NCBI GenBank assembly: GCA_963779755.1
Contig: CAVZZO010000003.1
Span: forward strand, 1,024,001 to 1,088,000
Source: an uncultured Gemmatimonadales bacterium
Lineage (GTDB): Bacteria; Gemmatimonadota; Gemmatimonadetes; Gemmatimonadales; GWC2-71-9
DNA length: 64,000 bases
Direction of reading: 5' to 3'
Made by a program: the position numbers and the translations under genes. Positions 7,325 to 17,539 of the stretch are shown in pieces; position 1 is the first letter of the stretch; each line of letters opens with the position of its first letter. Below the pieces are notes generated by a model. It was not told the DNA's origin. It ran no database searches and saw only the letters and a list, made by a program, of their open reading frames with translations.

Positions 7325-10273
7325 ATGCCCACGCTCACCATCAACGACCACGCCATCGAGTTCCAGCCCGGCGCCACCATCCTCGATGCGGCGCGGGCCG
7401 CCGGCATGGATGTGCCCACGCTCTGCTGGTACCCCCGGCTGCCCACCGTCGGCAACTGCCGTATCTGTCTCGTGTCGGTCGAGGGCCAGGCCAAGTTGAT
7501 GCCGGCCTGCGCCACGCCGGCCGCGGAAGGCATGGTGGTGCGTACCGAGTCGCCGGCGGCAGTGGAAAACCGGCGCGGGGTGTTGCAGTTCCTGCTCGAG
7601 CGCTACCCGGCCGCCCACCTGCAGAACGGCGGCCGGGAACATCCGCGGAACGATTTCGAGCGGTACGTGGTCCGCTACGACGTGCCGGTGCGGCCCCGGC
7701 ACGAGCTTCCGCTGCGCACGGGCGACGAGCGGCCCGGCGACGTAATGATCCAGCACGACATGAGCCTGTGCGTGCTCTGTACCCGGTGCGTGCGGGCCTG
7801 CCTCGATATCCAGGAAGTGGGCGTCCTGGAGGTGGGAGAGCGCGGCGGCGAAACCCGGATCATAGTGGGCGGCGACGGCGATCCCGATCACGCGGGCTGC
7901 ACCTGGTGTGGCGAGTGCGTGCGGGTCTGCCCCACCGGCGCCATCTTCGAGTTCATTCCCCACCAGCGCTTCGGCAGCGAGGCCCTGGCCCATCCCGACC
8001 GGGTGGCCCGGTCGGTGTGCCCCTATTGCGGCGTGGGATGCCAGGTGGATTTGCACCAGAAGGACGGCGAGCTCATGCGGGTAACCTCGCCCTGGATCGA
8101 GGAAGACACCCCCAACCAGGGCTCCACCTGCGTGAAGGGCCGCTTCGGCTACGACTTCGCCCAGCATCGCGACCGGCTCACCACACCGCTCATCCGCAAG
8201 GGCTGGGTGCAGGAGAACGATCGCTGGATCTGGCGCGGGGAGTGGCCCCGCCACCGCGAAGGCCCCTGGCAGACCATCGTCGAGGGCGCCCAGGGGGAAA
8301 AGCCGCGGCCGCCCGGCCGGACGGTGGGCAAGCGGCGGCTGACCGGCACGCCGGCAACCCGGACCTCGGATGTGCGCGACCGCGCGTCCACGCCGGCCGA
8401 GTGGTTCAGCGCCTTCCGCGAAGCCACCTGGGAAGAGGCCATGAGCCTGACGGCCCAGGAGCTGGCGCGGGTGCGCGACGAGCACGGGCCCGATGCGGTG
8501 GCTTCGCTCTCCAGCGCCAAGTGCAGCAACGAAGACAACTACGTCTTCATGCGGATGATCCGCGGGGCCATCGGCACCAATAACGTCGACCACTGCACCC
8601 GGCTCTGCCACTCGACCTCCGTGGCGGCCATGAGCCGCGCCCTGAGCACGTCCGCCGCCTCCGGCTCGATGCGGGAAATCGAGGAAGCCTGCGACGTCAT
8701 CTTCATTGCGGGCGCCAACACCACCGAGTCGCATCCGGTCTTCGGCGCGCTCATCAAGCGAGCCGTCACCCGGGGCGCCACGCTCATCGTGGCCGATGTG
8801 CGGCAGACCGAGCTGGCCCGGCTCGCCGATATTCATCTCCAGCTGCTGCCGGGAACCGACGTCGCCCTCTTCTCCTCGATGCTGGCCTGGATCATCGAGC
8901 AGGGCCTGGTCGACCGGCAGTTCATCGCCGCGCGCACCCGCGATTTCGAGCAGGTCCGGGAAGCGGTGCGCCCCTACACCCCGGAGCTGGGCGAGAAGCT
9001 CACCGGCGTCCCCGCCGCGCTCATCCGCCGCGCGGCCGAGGCCTACGCCCGCGGGCCCCGCACCTCCACGCTCTGGGCCATGGGCCTGACCCAGCACGCC
9101 ACCGGAACGGATATCGTCGCCAGCCTGCTGAACCTGATTCTGGCCACCGGCATGATCGGCCGCTGGGGCGCGGCCATGATGCCCATCCGGGGCCAGAACA
9201 ACGTGCAGGGCGCCAGCGACATGGGCGCCATCCCCTTCGTCTACACCGACTACCGTTCGGTCAAGAGCCCGGAGCACCGCGCCGACTACGCCCGCGCCTG
9301 GGGCGTGCCGGAGGAGCGGCTCTCCCTCAAGGAGGGCCTCATGACCACCGAAATCACCGCGGCGGGGAGCGGTGTCCGGGCGGTGTACATCATGGGCGAG
9401 AACCCGGTGCTCTCCGATCCGGATATCTCCCACGCCGAAGACTGGGTGCGCAGCCTCGAGTTCCTCGCGGTGCAGGACCTCTTCCTCACCGAGACCGCCC
9501 GCTGGGCCGATGTGGTGCTGCCCGGCTCGTCCTTTGCCGAGAAGGCCGGTACCTACGTCAATACCGAGCGGCGCATCCAGGTCACCGAACCCGCGCTGGA
9601 CCCGCCGGGCGAGGCCCGGGCCGACCTCGACATCCTCTGCGACCTGAGCAACCGGCTGGGGCTGCCCACGCATTACGCCGGCCCCGCCGACGTCATGGTC
9701 GAGATCGCCTCGGTGACTCCGTCCTGGCGCGGCGTCACCCACGAACGCCTCCGCGGCGCCGGGCTGCAGTATCCGGTCCCCACGCCGGACTCGCCCGGCA
9801 CGGCCTTCCTGTTTGCCGAGAAGTTCCCCACGCCCGACGGCCGCGGCATATTCGTACCGGTGGAGTACCTGCCGCCCAGCGAATTGCCCGATGAAGAATT
9901 CCCCTTCATCCTCGGCACCGGACGGCAGATGTACCACTGGCACACCGGCACCATGTCGCGCCGCAGCGAAGGCCTCGATTCCCGCGAGCCGGTGCCGGTG
10001 GTGGAAGTCAATCCGGCCGATGCCGGACGGCTGGGGGTCGGCGACGGCGATACCGTGCGGGTACGCTCGCGCCGGGGCTCGATCCTGATCGGCGTGCGCG
10101 TCTCCGACCGCCAGGCGCCGGGGCAGATCTTCATCCCCATGCACTACCGGGAGGCGGCGGCCAATATCCTTACCAATCCCCGGCTCGATCCCTACGCCAA
10201 GATCGCGTCGTTCAAGGTGAGCGCGGTGGCGATTACGGCGGTACGGGCAGAAACGGCGGTAGAGGCGGTATAG
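7325..10273 (+). CDS. fdhF: Formate dehydrogenase alpha subunit (molybdopterin, Cys-type) with N-terminal 2Fe-2S/4Fe-4S domains
   Basis: PTLC..GNCRIC..PAC, CVLCTRCVRAC, CTWCGECVRVCP, CPYCGVGC, NNVDHCTRLCHS, IRGQNNVQGASDMG. Confidence 0.9.
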   Translation: MPTLTINDHAIEFQPGATILDAARAAGMDVPTLCWYPRLPTVGNCRICLVSVEGQAKLMPACATPAAEGMVVRTESPAAVENRRGVLQFLLERYPAAHLQNGGREHPRNDFERYVVRYDVPVRPRHELPLRTGDERPGDVMIQHDMSLCVLCTRCVRACLDIQEVGVLEVGERGGETRIIVGGDGDPDHAGCTWCGECVRVCPTGAIFEFIPHQRFGSEALAHPDRVARSVCPYCGVGCQVDLHQKDGELMRVTSPWIEEDTPNQGSTCVKGRFGYDFAQHRDRLTTPLIRKGWVQENDRWIWRGEWPRHREGPWQTIVEGAQGEKPRPPGRTVGKRRLTGTPATRTSDVRDRASTPAEWFSAFREATWEEAMSLTAQELARVRDEHGPDAVASLSSAKCSNEDNYVFMRMIRGAIGTNNVDHCTRLCHSTSVAAMSRALSTSAASGSMREIEEACDVIFIAGANTTESHPVFGALIKRAVTRGATLIVADVRQTELARLADIHLQLLPGTDVALFSSMLAWIIEQGLVDRQFIAARTRDFEQVREAVRPYTPELGEKLTGVPAALIRRAAEAYARGPRTSTLWAMGLTQHATGTDIVASLLNLILATGMIGRWGAAMMPIRGQNNVQGASDMGAIPFVYTDYRSVKSPEHRADYARAWGVPEERLSLKEGLMTTEITAAGSGVRAVYIMGENPVLSDPDISHAEDWVRSLEFLAVQDLFLTETARWADVVLPGSSFAEKAGTYVNTERRIQVTEPALDPPGEARADLDILCDLSNRLGLPTHYAGPADVMVEIASVTPSWRGVTHERLRGAGLQYPVPTPDSPGTAFLFAEKFPTPDGRGIFVPVEYLPPSELPDEEFPFILGTGRQMYHWHTGTMSRRSEGLDSREPVPVVEVNPADAGRLGVGDGDTVRVRSRRGSILIGVRVSDRQAPGQIFIPMHYREAAANILTNPRLDPYAKIASFKVSAVAITAVRAETAVEAV

Positions 10274-10336
10274 GCGGTAAAGGCGGCATAAGGCATCCAT
10301 ACCGCCATACCGCCCCTACCGCCCTTACCGCCCTTA
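10236..10336. repeat. Head-to-head short tandem repeats (GGCGGTAnn / nnTACCGCC)
   Basis: GGCGGTAGAGGCGGTATAGGCGGTAAAGGCGGC followed by TACCGCCATACCGCCCCTACCGCCCTTACCGCC; overlaps the fdh stop. Confidence 0.8.
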
Positions 10337-10367
10337 TATTTCCGCCGCCTCTTACCCTTCCGTGTCC

Positions 10368-11411
10368 ATGCGCGCCCTTGTCAAGGAAACACCCGGGCCG
10401 GGGATGGTTCTCCGCGACGTGCCCCGTCCCGCCTGCGGTCCCAACGAAGTGCTCATCCGGGTGCATGCCGCCGGCATGTGCGGTACCGATCTGCATATCT
10501 GGGAGTGGGACGCCTGGGCCCGGGGGCGGCTCCGGCCGCCGCTGGTCATCGGACACGAGTTTGCCGGGGAAATCGTGGAGCTGGGCCACGAGGCGGAAGC
10601 GGCCGGGCTGCTGGCCCCGGGCGACCTGGTGACCGCCGAGGGCCACATCGTCTGCGGCCATTGCGTGCCCTGCCGAACCGGCGATTTCCATGTCTGCCGC
10701 CGGACCCAGATCATCGGGGTGGACCGCGACGGGGCGTTCGCGGAATACATCGCCATGCCCGCCACCAACGTGATGCGCCTGGACGGCATCCCCCTCGAGG
10801 TCGGCGCCATCATGGACCCGATCGGCAACGCCGTCCATACCGTCCTGGAAGGCGAGCGGGTCACCGGCAGCTTCGTACTCGTGGTCGGCTGCGGCCCCAT
10901 CGGCTGCTTCGCCGTGGGGGTGGCGCGCGCGGCGGGAGCCGCCCAGGTCATCGCCACCGACCTGAACCCCCGGCGCCGCGAGATCGCCCGCGCCATGGGC
11001 GCGGATCACGTGCTCGACGCCGCCGATCCCGGCCTCCAGGACCGGCTCGCCGGGATCACCGCCGGCGACGGCTTCGACCTGGTCTGCGAGATGAGCGGCC
11101 ATCCCAGCGGCCACGCGCAGGCCCTCGCCGCGGCGCGGCCCGGCGGACGCCTCAACATGCTGGGCACCCCGGTTCGTACCACCGAGGTCGACTTCGCGCG
11201 CGACGTCATCTTCAAGGGCCTCACCGTCTACGGCGTCACCGGGCGGCGCATGTACCGGACCTGGCACCAGGCGGCCCGCCTGCTCCGCAGCGGCAGGTTC
11301 GACCCCATGCCCGTCGTCACCCACCGCCTCCCCATGGCGGATATCGCCAAGGCGATCGGCGTCATCAAGGACGGCTCGGCCGGCAAAGTGATCCTGGAGA
11401 TCGGCTCATGA
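10368..11411 (+). CDS. tdh: L-threonine 3-dehydrogenase
   Basis: CGTDLHIWEWDAW, GHEFAG, AEGHIVCGHC..C, DPIGNAVHT, GVTGRRMYRTW; coupled to kbl. Confidence 0.93.
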   Translation: MRALVKETPGPGMVLRDVPRPACGPNEVLIRVHAAGMCGTDLHIWEWDAWARGRLRPPLVIGHEFAGEIVELGHEAEAAGLLAPGDLVTAEGHIVCGHCVPCRTGDFHVCRRTQIIGVDRDGAFAEYIAMPATNVMRLDGIPLEVGAIMDPIGNAVHTVLEGERVTGSFVLVVGCGPIGCFAVGVARAAGAAQVIATDLNPRRREIARAMGADHVLDAADPGLQDRLAGITAGDGFDLVCEMSGHPSGHAQALAAARPGGRLNMLGTPVRTTEVDFARDVIFKGLTVYGVTGRRMYRTWHQAARLLRSGRFDPMPVVTHRLPMADIAKAIGVIKDGSAGKVILEIGS

Positions 11412-12607
11412 ATCAGGGACTGGAACAGCGGCTCGCGGAAGCACTCGACACCTTTCGCCGGGAGAAGGTCTACAAGACCCTCAACTACATCGCCTCGCCC
11501 CAGGCGGCGCGCGTCCGGATGGAGGGTCGGGGCGAGGTCATCGTGCTCTCGTCCAACAACTATCTGGGCCTCTCCGACCAGGCGGAAGTAGTCGCCGCCG
11601 GCAAGCGCGCCCTCGATACCTTCGGGGCGGGCACCGCCTCGGTGCGGTTCATCTGCGGCACCTTCACCGTGCACCGCGACCTCGAAGCCGCCTGCGCCCG
11701 CCTGGTCGGCACCGCCGCCTCGCTCAGCTTCGTCAGCTGCTGGAACGCCAACGAGGCCGTCCCCGCCACCATCCTGGGCGAGAACGACCTCATCCTGAGC
11801 GACCAGCTGAACCACGCCTCCATCATCGACGCCATCCGGCTGGCCCGCAGCATCACCAGATGCGACAGCGCGGTGTATCAGCACGCCGACATGCAGGACC
11901 TGGAACGCAGGCTGCGGGGGGCGCGCCATCGCCGGACCCGGCTGGTCATCACCGACGGCATCTTTTCCATGGAAGGCGCCATCGCGCCGCTGCCCGACCT
12001 GGTGGACCTCTGCCGCAAGTACGACGCGGTGCTCATGGTGGACGATTCCCATGCCACCGGCGTGCTGGGCCAGCAGGGCCGCGGCACCGCCGAGCACTAC
12101 GGCATGCTGGGCGAGGTCGACATCATCACCTCGACTCTGGGCAAGGCCCTGGGGGGCGCGGCCGGAGGGTTCGCGGCCGGCAGCGAAGCGTTCTGCGATT
12201 TCCTCACCCAGCGTGCCCGGCCTCAGCTCTTCTCCAACGCCCTGCCCCCCACGGTCGCCGCAAGCGCCCTGGCCGCCGTCGAATTCCTGGAACAGCATCC
12301 GGAGCGGGTCGCCACGCTGCGGGAAAATGCCGACTACTTCCGCCAGCGCCTGCGCGAAGCAGGCTTCCAGCCTCTGCCGGGCGAGACCCCCATCATCCCC
12401 GTCATCCTGGGCGAAACCGCCAAGGCCATCGAGATGAGCCGCCGCCTGCTCGAGGAGGGCGTCTTCGTCACCGGGTTCGGCTACCCGGTTGTCCCCCAGG
12501 GTCAGGCCCGGATCCGCTGCCAGATCTCGGCGGCCCACAGCCGGGACGACTTGGATCAGGTTTTGCTTGCCATGAAGAAGGTCGGCGCCAGTCTGGGGCT
12601 GATCTGA
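11408..12607 (+). CDS. kbl: Glycine C-acetyltransferase (2-amino-3-ketobutyrate CoA ligase)
   Basis: SSNNYLGL, ASVRFICGT, SDQLNHASIID, DDSHATG, STLGKALGGA, VVPQGQARIR; ATGA overlap with tdh. Confidence 0.93.
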   Translation: MNQGLEQRLAEALDTFRREKVYKTLNYIASPQAARVRMEGRGEVIVLSSNNYLGLSDQAEVVAAGKRALDTFGAGTASVRFICGTFTVHRDLEAACARLVGTAASLSFVSCWNANEAVPATILGENDLILSDQLNHASIIDAIRLARSITRCDSAVYQHADMQDLERRLRGARHRRTRLVITDGIFSMEGAIAPLPDLVDLCRKYDAVLMVDDSHATGVLGQQGRGTAEHYGMLGEVDIITSTLGKALGGAAGGFAAGSEAFCDFLTQRARPQLFSNALPPTVAASALAAVEFLEQHPERVATLRENADYFRQRLREAGFQPLPGETPIIPVILGETAKAIEMSRRLLEEGVFVTGFGYPVVPQGQARIRCQISAAHSRDDLDQVLLAMKKVGASLGLI

Positions 12608-12923
12608 TCCGACCCGCACAGCTAAACAATTGCAGGTGAAAGAGTTGGGAAGCCGGAAGCGGCCCGTCCCCATTGACCGCCGCTCCCCGGCCGACCGGCC
12701 TCCGGGATTGTCCGGCACCGTAAGGTGCAATCCAACCCGGTAAAGTGCCGGACCGGACCTCAAGTACTTTAGAAGCTCCGGCCCCCAACTTTCAGCGGGT
12801 GAACAGCCTAGGCGTTCCTTGGGTATCGCGCTTTTCGCCGCCGCACGGTATGTTGGCGAAACGCGCCGTGGTCATCACCAGAGCGGTCCGGTCTCGCCGG
12901 ACCTTTCTCCGGAGGTCTTCCGA

Positions 12924-13592
12924 ATGCGGATGTTCACCCGAACCCTGATGCTGGCGGTCCTGGCAGGCGTGTGCACCGCCGGCACGCTCTCGGCCCAGCT
13001 GGGTATCAACCAGTTCCGCTGGTTCGTGGGGGCAAACGGCGGGGCGCTGATCTACGAGACACCGGCCCAGACCCGTGGCGCGATCCCCATGGCGGGCGGC
13101 AACGTGCTCATCACCGCGCGCCGGACGGCTCTCCTGCTCTCGGTCGAGGAGGGCTTCGCCAGTTCCCTCCAGTACAGTTCCTACACCGATCCCAGCGCCA
13201 GCGGCGGCTCGCGACTGGTCAGCTTCAACGACCTCCGGCGCTACTCGGCGGTGCTGATGGTGTATCCCCTGAAGTCGGCCATCCAGCCGTTCCTGGGTGC
13301 GGGGTTCGGCCTCCAGTATCTGCACAATCCCTGGCCCTATGGACCGTTCGCCACGCCGGATGAGCAGGCCAATGCCCGGCAGACGGCGGCGAATCTCGGC
13401 AGCACCGGGTACGGCACGTTCGTGGCCGGCCTGCAGCTCCAGGCCGGCGCCGTGGCGCTGTTCGGCCAATACCAGATCACCACTTCTCCCCCGGCGGGAA
13501 AACTGCTGATCGGCCCCACCCACGCGTTCACCGGCGGGCTGCGCGTAAGCCTGGGCGGCGCCAAGGAAGGGATAGCGTCCGGCGCACGCTGA
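12924..13592 (+). CDS. Exported protein, probable small outer-membrane beta-barrel
   Basis: GGAGG SD, signal peptide ending LSAQ, alternating amphipathic strands (IQPFLGAGFGLQY, FTGGLRVSL). Confidence 0.6.
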   Translation: MRMFTRTLMLAVLAGVCTAGTLSAQLGINQFRWFVGANGGALIYETPAQTRGAIPMAGGNVLITARRTALLLSVEEGFASSLQYSSYTDPSASGGSRLVSFNDLRRYSAVLMVYPLKSAIQPFLGAGFGLQYLHNPWPYGPFATPDEQANARQTAANLGSTGYGTFVAGLQLQAGAVALFGQYQITTSPPAGKLLIGPTHAFTGGLRVSLGGAKEGIASGAR

Positions 13593-13617
13593 GCTGACAC
13601 TGAAAAGACCGGCGCAG

Positions 13618-13648
13618 GAGGCGGCAGGGGCTGATCCCCTGCCGCCTC
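13618..13648. terminator. GC-rich hairpin between convergent genes
   Basis: GAGGCGGCAGGGG-CTGAT-CCCCTGCCGCCTC; U-tract weak. Confidence 0.55.
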
Positions 13649-13653
13649 GTTGC

Positions 13654-14283
13654 TTACCGGCTTCCCGCCTTCCGGCCTTCCCGTCCTGACCGCCCCGACA
13701 CCCAGGGCGAGCCGGCCAGCACGAACCGCAGCGGCCAGTCCGCGGCTCTGGTGATCCCGATGCGCGGGGTGACCAGCACGTCGGTGGCCGGCGTCCCCTC
13801 GCGCACGACCACCGGCGCGCCGGGCATGGGCAGGCCGTCGAGCGCGCGGGAGATGCCCAGCGCCTGGGTGAGGCATCCAGGGCCGGCGCAGAGTCGCGCA
13901 TCCACGGCCGTGCCCCGCCGCCGGCGCATCACCGCCAGCCCCGACAGCGGCTCCAGCGCGCGCAACAGCACCGCGGAGCCGGTTTCCTGCTCGCGGCAGA
14001 CCAGGTTGGCGCACCAGTGCACGCCATAGGAGAGATAGACATACCAGGTGCCGGCCGGGCCGTAGAGCGCCTCGTTCATCCGGTTGCGCCGGAGGGCATA
14101 GGCGTGGGACGCGGGATCGTCCCGCCCCAGGTAGGCCTCGGTCTCCACGATGCGCGCCACGGTCCGGGCGCCGCCCACGCGCGACTCGATCATCATCCCC
14201 AGCAGGTCACGGGCGACCTCCGCGGCGTGCCGGGCGAAAAAGCCGACGGGCAGCGCCTTCGCTGCCCGTCGCCCTCCGCTCAC
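13654..14283 (-). CDS. DNA-3-methyladenine glycosylase (MPG/AAG family)
   Basis: RIVETEAYLG.DDPASH, YVYLSYGVHWCAN, AVLLRALEP, TPRIGI. Confidence 0.92.
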   Translation of the reverse strand: MSGGRRAAKALPVGFFARHAAEVARDLLGMMIESRVGGARTVARIVETEAYLGRDDPASHAYALRRNRMNEALYGPAGTWYVYLSYGVHWCANLVCREQETGSAVLLRALEPLSGLAVMRRRRGTAVDARLCAGPGCLTQALGISRALDGLPMPGAPVVVREGTPATDVLVTPRIGITRAADWPLRFVLAGSPWVSGRSGREGRKAGSR

Positions 14284-15929
14284 TCCGGCTTCTCCGTCGA
14301 GCCGCCCGCCTTCTTTCGCGGGCGCCTGGGGCGTCGTGGCTTGGCGGCCTTCTTTTCCGCCGCCGGTTTCGCTTCCCCGGCCGGAGCCTCGGCTTCGGGG
14401 GCGGCGGCTTCCTTGCTGGCCGTGGAGGCAGCTTTGCGCGCCCGGGACCGGCCGCCCTTCTTCGAGGTCTGCCGCTTCCGGGGCGCGGCCTCCGCCTTGG
14501 CGGCCGGTTCTTCTTCCACTTCCACCCGCACCACCCCTACCATGGGGATCTCGCCCCGGGGCTGCACGCCGCCGCGCGAGCCGCGCCGGAAGCGCAGGCC
14601 CATGCGCCGGGCCTGCGCCGCCGCTTCCGCGCCCCCTTCCGCCTCCAGGGGAGGCGCCGCCGCTTCCCCGGCGCCACCGGCCTCGGGCGCCGGGGCCTCG
14701 GGCGCGCCGGCCGCCGGCGTCGCCGCCGCCACCATGGCCCCGGGCCGCGGAGCAATCTCGTATTCGTTCTCACCCAGCTTGCGCAGATCGATGATCTCGG
14801 CATCATGCGCCTGGCGCAGGAAGCGGCCGAACCGTTCCTGATCCAGCATCGAGTCGTCCCGGCCGTGCAGGGCGGCCATCCGGAGCCGCAGACTCTCGCT
14901 GTCCACCGGCGTCGGCAGCTGCATCAGCGAGGAGCGCAGCAGGTCGAAGGCCTGCGCCAGGCTCAGGGCCTCCGTCGTGGCGGGCGCCGCAGCCGCGGCG
15001 CGGCTCTCGCCCTGGCCGCCCCGCCGCCCCCGGCCGCCGCGTCCCCGCCCGCGTCCGCGCCCGCGGCCTTCCTCCCGTTCGCCCTCCGCCGGGCGTTCGC
15101 GTGAGGCGGGGCGTTCGCGTTCGGCGGGGCGCTCGCGTTCGGCCGGGGGCGCCGGCGCCGCCGGTGCCTGGCCGGTGGGCGCCACCTCGAACTGCCCGTT
15201 GTCCATCTTGTGGACCTTGATCAGGCCCCGCTGGCCCGCCTCCGCCACGAACTTGCTGAAGCGGTTGAAGCCGGCGTTCTTCTCGTCGAAGTTGGGGTCG
15301 ATCTGCTGCATGACCTGCTTGAGCCGGTCGGACCGCATGACGTCGCGGTTCCGGCCCATCTGCGCCACCGCCTCGGTGGCCAGCTCCCACGGGTCGCGCT
15401 GCATGGACGGGGTGTCGACTTCGCGGGTGAGCCCCGCCAGGTCGTTATAGGAGTAGTACTCGTCGCAGTTCTGGATCAGCAGGTCGCTGGCCGATTCGCG
15501 GATCCCCACCCCGACGACGTACTTCCCGTACTCCTTCAGCTTGATCACCATGGTGCTGAAGTCGCTGTCACCTGAGAGCAGGATGAACGTTCCGATCTCG
15601 GGCCGGGTGAAGACCAGCTCGACGGCGTCGATGGCGAGGCGGATATCGGTCGCGTTCTTCTTGTTGGTGCCGAAGGCGGGCGCGAAGATCAGGTCGATCG
15701 ACGCCTCCGAGAGGGGCACGATGTACTGGGGATAGCGGCGCCAGTCGGCGTAGGCGCGCTGCACCGCCACCTTGCCCTTGATGATGTCGCTGTTGAGCAG
15801 CGCCTTCAGTTCCTTGGTGAGATCGGACCGGACGCCCAGGGTCACATTGTCGAAGTCGATGAGCAATGCGGCGTTGGGCGCATGGGCGGGGCGCTCGCCG
15901 CGGGGAACCAGATGTCGGGTATGTGTCAC
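14280..15929 (-). CDS. NYN (PIN-like) domain protein with OST-HTH/LOTUS domains and disordered linkers
   Basis: [54 protein letters not shown] motif. Confidence 0.85.
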   Translation of the reverse strand: MTHTRHLVPRGERPAHAPNAALLIDFDNVTLGVRSDLTKELKALLNSDIIKGKVAVQRAYADWRRYPQYIVPLSEASIDLIFAPAFGTNKKNATDIRLAIDAVELVFTRPEIGTFILLSGDSDFSTMVIKLKEYGKYVVGVGIRESASDLLIQNCDEYYSYNDLAGLTREVDTPSMQRDPWELATEAVAQMGRNRDVMRSDRLKQVMQQIDPNFDEKNAGFNRFSKFVAEAGQRGLIKVHKMDNGQFEVAPTGQAPAAPAPPAERERPAERERPASRERPAEGEREEGRGRGRGRGRGGRGRRGGQGESRAAAAAPATTEALSLAQAFDLLRSSLMQLPTPVDSESLRLRMAALHGRDDSMLDQERFGRFLRQAHDAEIIDLRKLGENEYEIAPRPGAMVAAATPAAGAPEAPAPEAGGAGEAAAPPLEAEGGAEAAAQARRMGLRFRRGSRGGVQPRGEIPMVGVVRVEVEEEPAAKAEAAPRKRQTSKKGGRSRARKAASTASKEAAAPEAEAPAGEAKPAAEKKAAKPRRPRRPRKKAGGSTEKPE

Positions 15930-17515
15930 GTAGCACTCTGCTCCAGGCCCACCACCTGCGCGAGCTCCCGTCGTTTCACTTTCCCGGTCCCGGTCAGCGG
16001 GAAAGTGTCGAAGAAGCGCACCAGGTCGGGTACCTTGTATTCCGCGAGATGTTCGCGACAGAACTCCTTGAGTTCGTCGCCGGTTATGATGGCGCCCTCC
16101 ACCGGCACCACGCAGGCGCAGACCAGCTCCCCGAGCACATCGTTGGGGATGCCCACCACACAGGCGTCGTCCACGCCGGGGTGCAGACGGAGCACATCTT
16201 CCACTTCCCTGGGCGTCACGTTGAGGCCGTTCCGGATCACGAGTTCCTTCCGGCGTCCGACGATCTGCAGGTAGCCGTCTTCGTCGATCAGCGCCAGATC
16301 GCCGGTGAGGAAGTACCCCTCGGACGTGTACGACCGGCTGGTCTCGGCCGGCATCCGGTGATAGCCCAGCAACAGGTTGGGGCCTCGCACCGCCAGCTCG
16401 CCCACGGCCTCCCGGCCGTGCAGCTCGCCGCTGGCGAGATCCGCCACCCTGACCTCCACGCCGGGCAGGGGCCGCCCCACCGTCTCCAGCCGCTTCGTAT
16501 CCGGGTCGTCGAAGCGGGTAACGCTGGTGGTGGGGCCCGTCTCGGTCAGGCCATACGCGATCTGGACGTCGCACCAGGCGCGGATGCGCCGGGCCAGGTC
16601 TGCCGAGACCAGGCTGCCGGCCACGATGCCGCTCCTGACGGACGAGAGATCGCGCCGCCCGAAACCGGGGTCGCGCAGCAGCAGCTGGAACATGGTGGGG
16701 ACGCCGTGGACCAGCGTGATCCGCTCACGCTCGATCAGGTCCAGCGCCTCCGCCGGTTCGAACCGCTCCTGCAGGACCAGCGTGCCACCGCCGCCCAGGG
16801 TACCGATGACGGTGCTCACGCCGAACACGGAGAAGAACGGCACCGCCGCCAGCACCCGCTCGGCCGGTCCGCTCCGCAGCACCTCGTTTACCGCCAGGGC
16901 GGTCCCCACCAGACTCTGGTGGGACAGCACCACGCCCTTCGGCTTACCCGTGGTGCCCGAGGTGTAGATCAGGGCCAGCGGAGTGGTGGCCGGGTCGCCC
17001 GGTTCCGGCAGCGCCCGCGCCCGCCCTCCCCGGCCGACCAGATCCTCGAACTGCAGGATCCGGTCGTCGTGCCAGAGCTCCTCCTTGCCGACCGTGATCA
17101 GGTAGTGCAGGTCGGGCAACTCCGGCAGCAGCTCGTCGAACCACTCCAGAAAATCCTGGCCGCCCCAGCTCTCGGCGATGATCGCCGCGCCGGCCTCGCA
17201 GTGCCGCAGCTGGTACTTGAGTTCGTGGTAGCTCAGGCCGGGGTCGAGCGGCACGACGGTAAGATCCAGCCGCGCCGCCGCCAGCAGGGCCACGACCCAC
17301 TCGGGCCAGTTGGGAAGATCGATCGCCAGGCGATCGCCCTCCCCCAGGCCGAGCTCGTGCAGCGCTCCGGCCAGGGCGGCGGCCTGCTCCGCCACCGCCC
17401 CATAGCTGAGCCGGACCGCCGGGCTCACCAGGAACTCCCGATCCGGATGCTGTTCCACGGCCTCCCGGAACAGCGTACCCAGGTGCAGCGATGCCAATGG
17501 CTCCTCCGACCGCAT
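15926..17515 (-). CDS. Class I adenylate-forming enzyme (acyl-CoA ligase family)
   Basis: [42 protein letters not shown]. Confidence 0.88.
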   Translation of the reverse strand: MRSEEPLASLHLGTLFREAVEQHPDREFLVSPAVRLSYGAVAEQAAALAGALHELGLGEGDRLAIDLPNWPEWVVALLAAARLDLTVVPLDPGLSYHELKYQLRHCEAGAAIIAESWGGQDFLEWFDELLPELPDLHYLITVGKEELWHDDRILQFEDLVGRGGRARALPEPGDPATTPLALIYTSGTTGKPKGVVLSHQSLVGTALAVNEVLRSGPAERVLAAVPFFSVFGVSTVIGTLGGGGTLVLQERFEPAEALDLIERERITLVHGVPTMFQLLLRDPGFGRRDLSSVRSGIVAGSLVSADLARRIRAWCDVQIAYGLTETGPTTSVTRFDDPDTKRLETVGRPLPGVEVRVADLASGELHGREAVGELAVRGPNLLLGYHRMPAETSRSYTSEGYFLTGDLALIDEDGYLQIVGRRKELVIRNGLNVTPREVEDVLRLHPGVDDACVVGIPNDVLGELVCACVVPVEGAIITGDELKEFCREHLAEYKVPDLVRFFDTFPLTGTGKVKRRELAQVVGLEQSAT

Positions 17516-17539
17516 TGCAGCCGGGGAATCTAAAGGGGC

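Noticed and set aside
8580..8620. Selenocysteine in formate dehydrogenase
   Set aside because: The active-site codon is TGC (RLCH); there is no in-frame TGA.
6782..10300. 1172-aa antisense ORF and similar long shadow ORFs (e.g. 30135-32351, 46593-48740)
   Set aside because: They are antisense shadows of real high-GC genes with no recognisable motifs.
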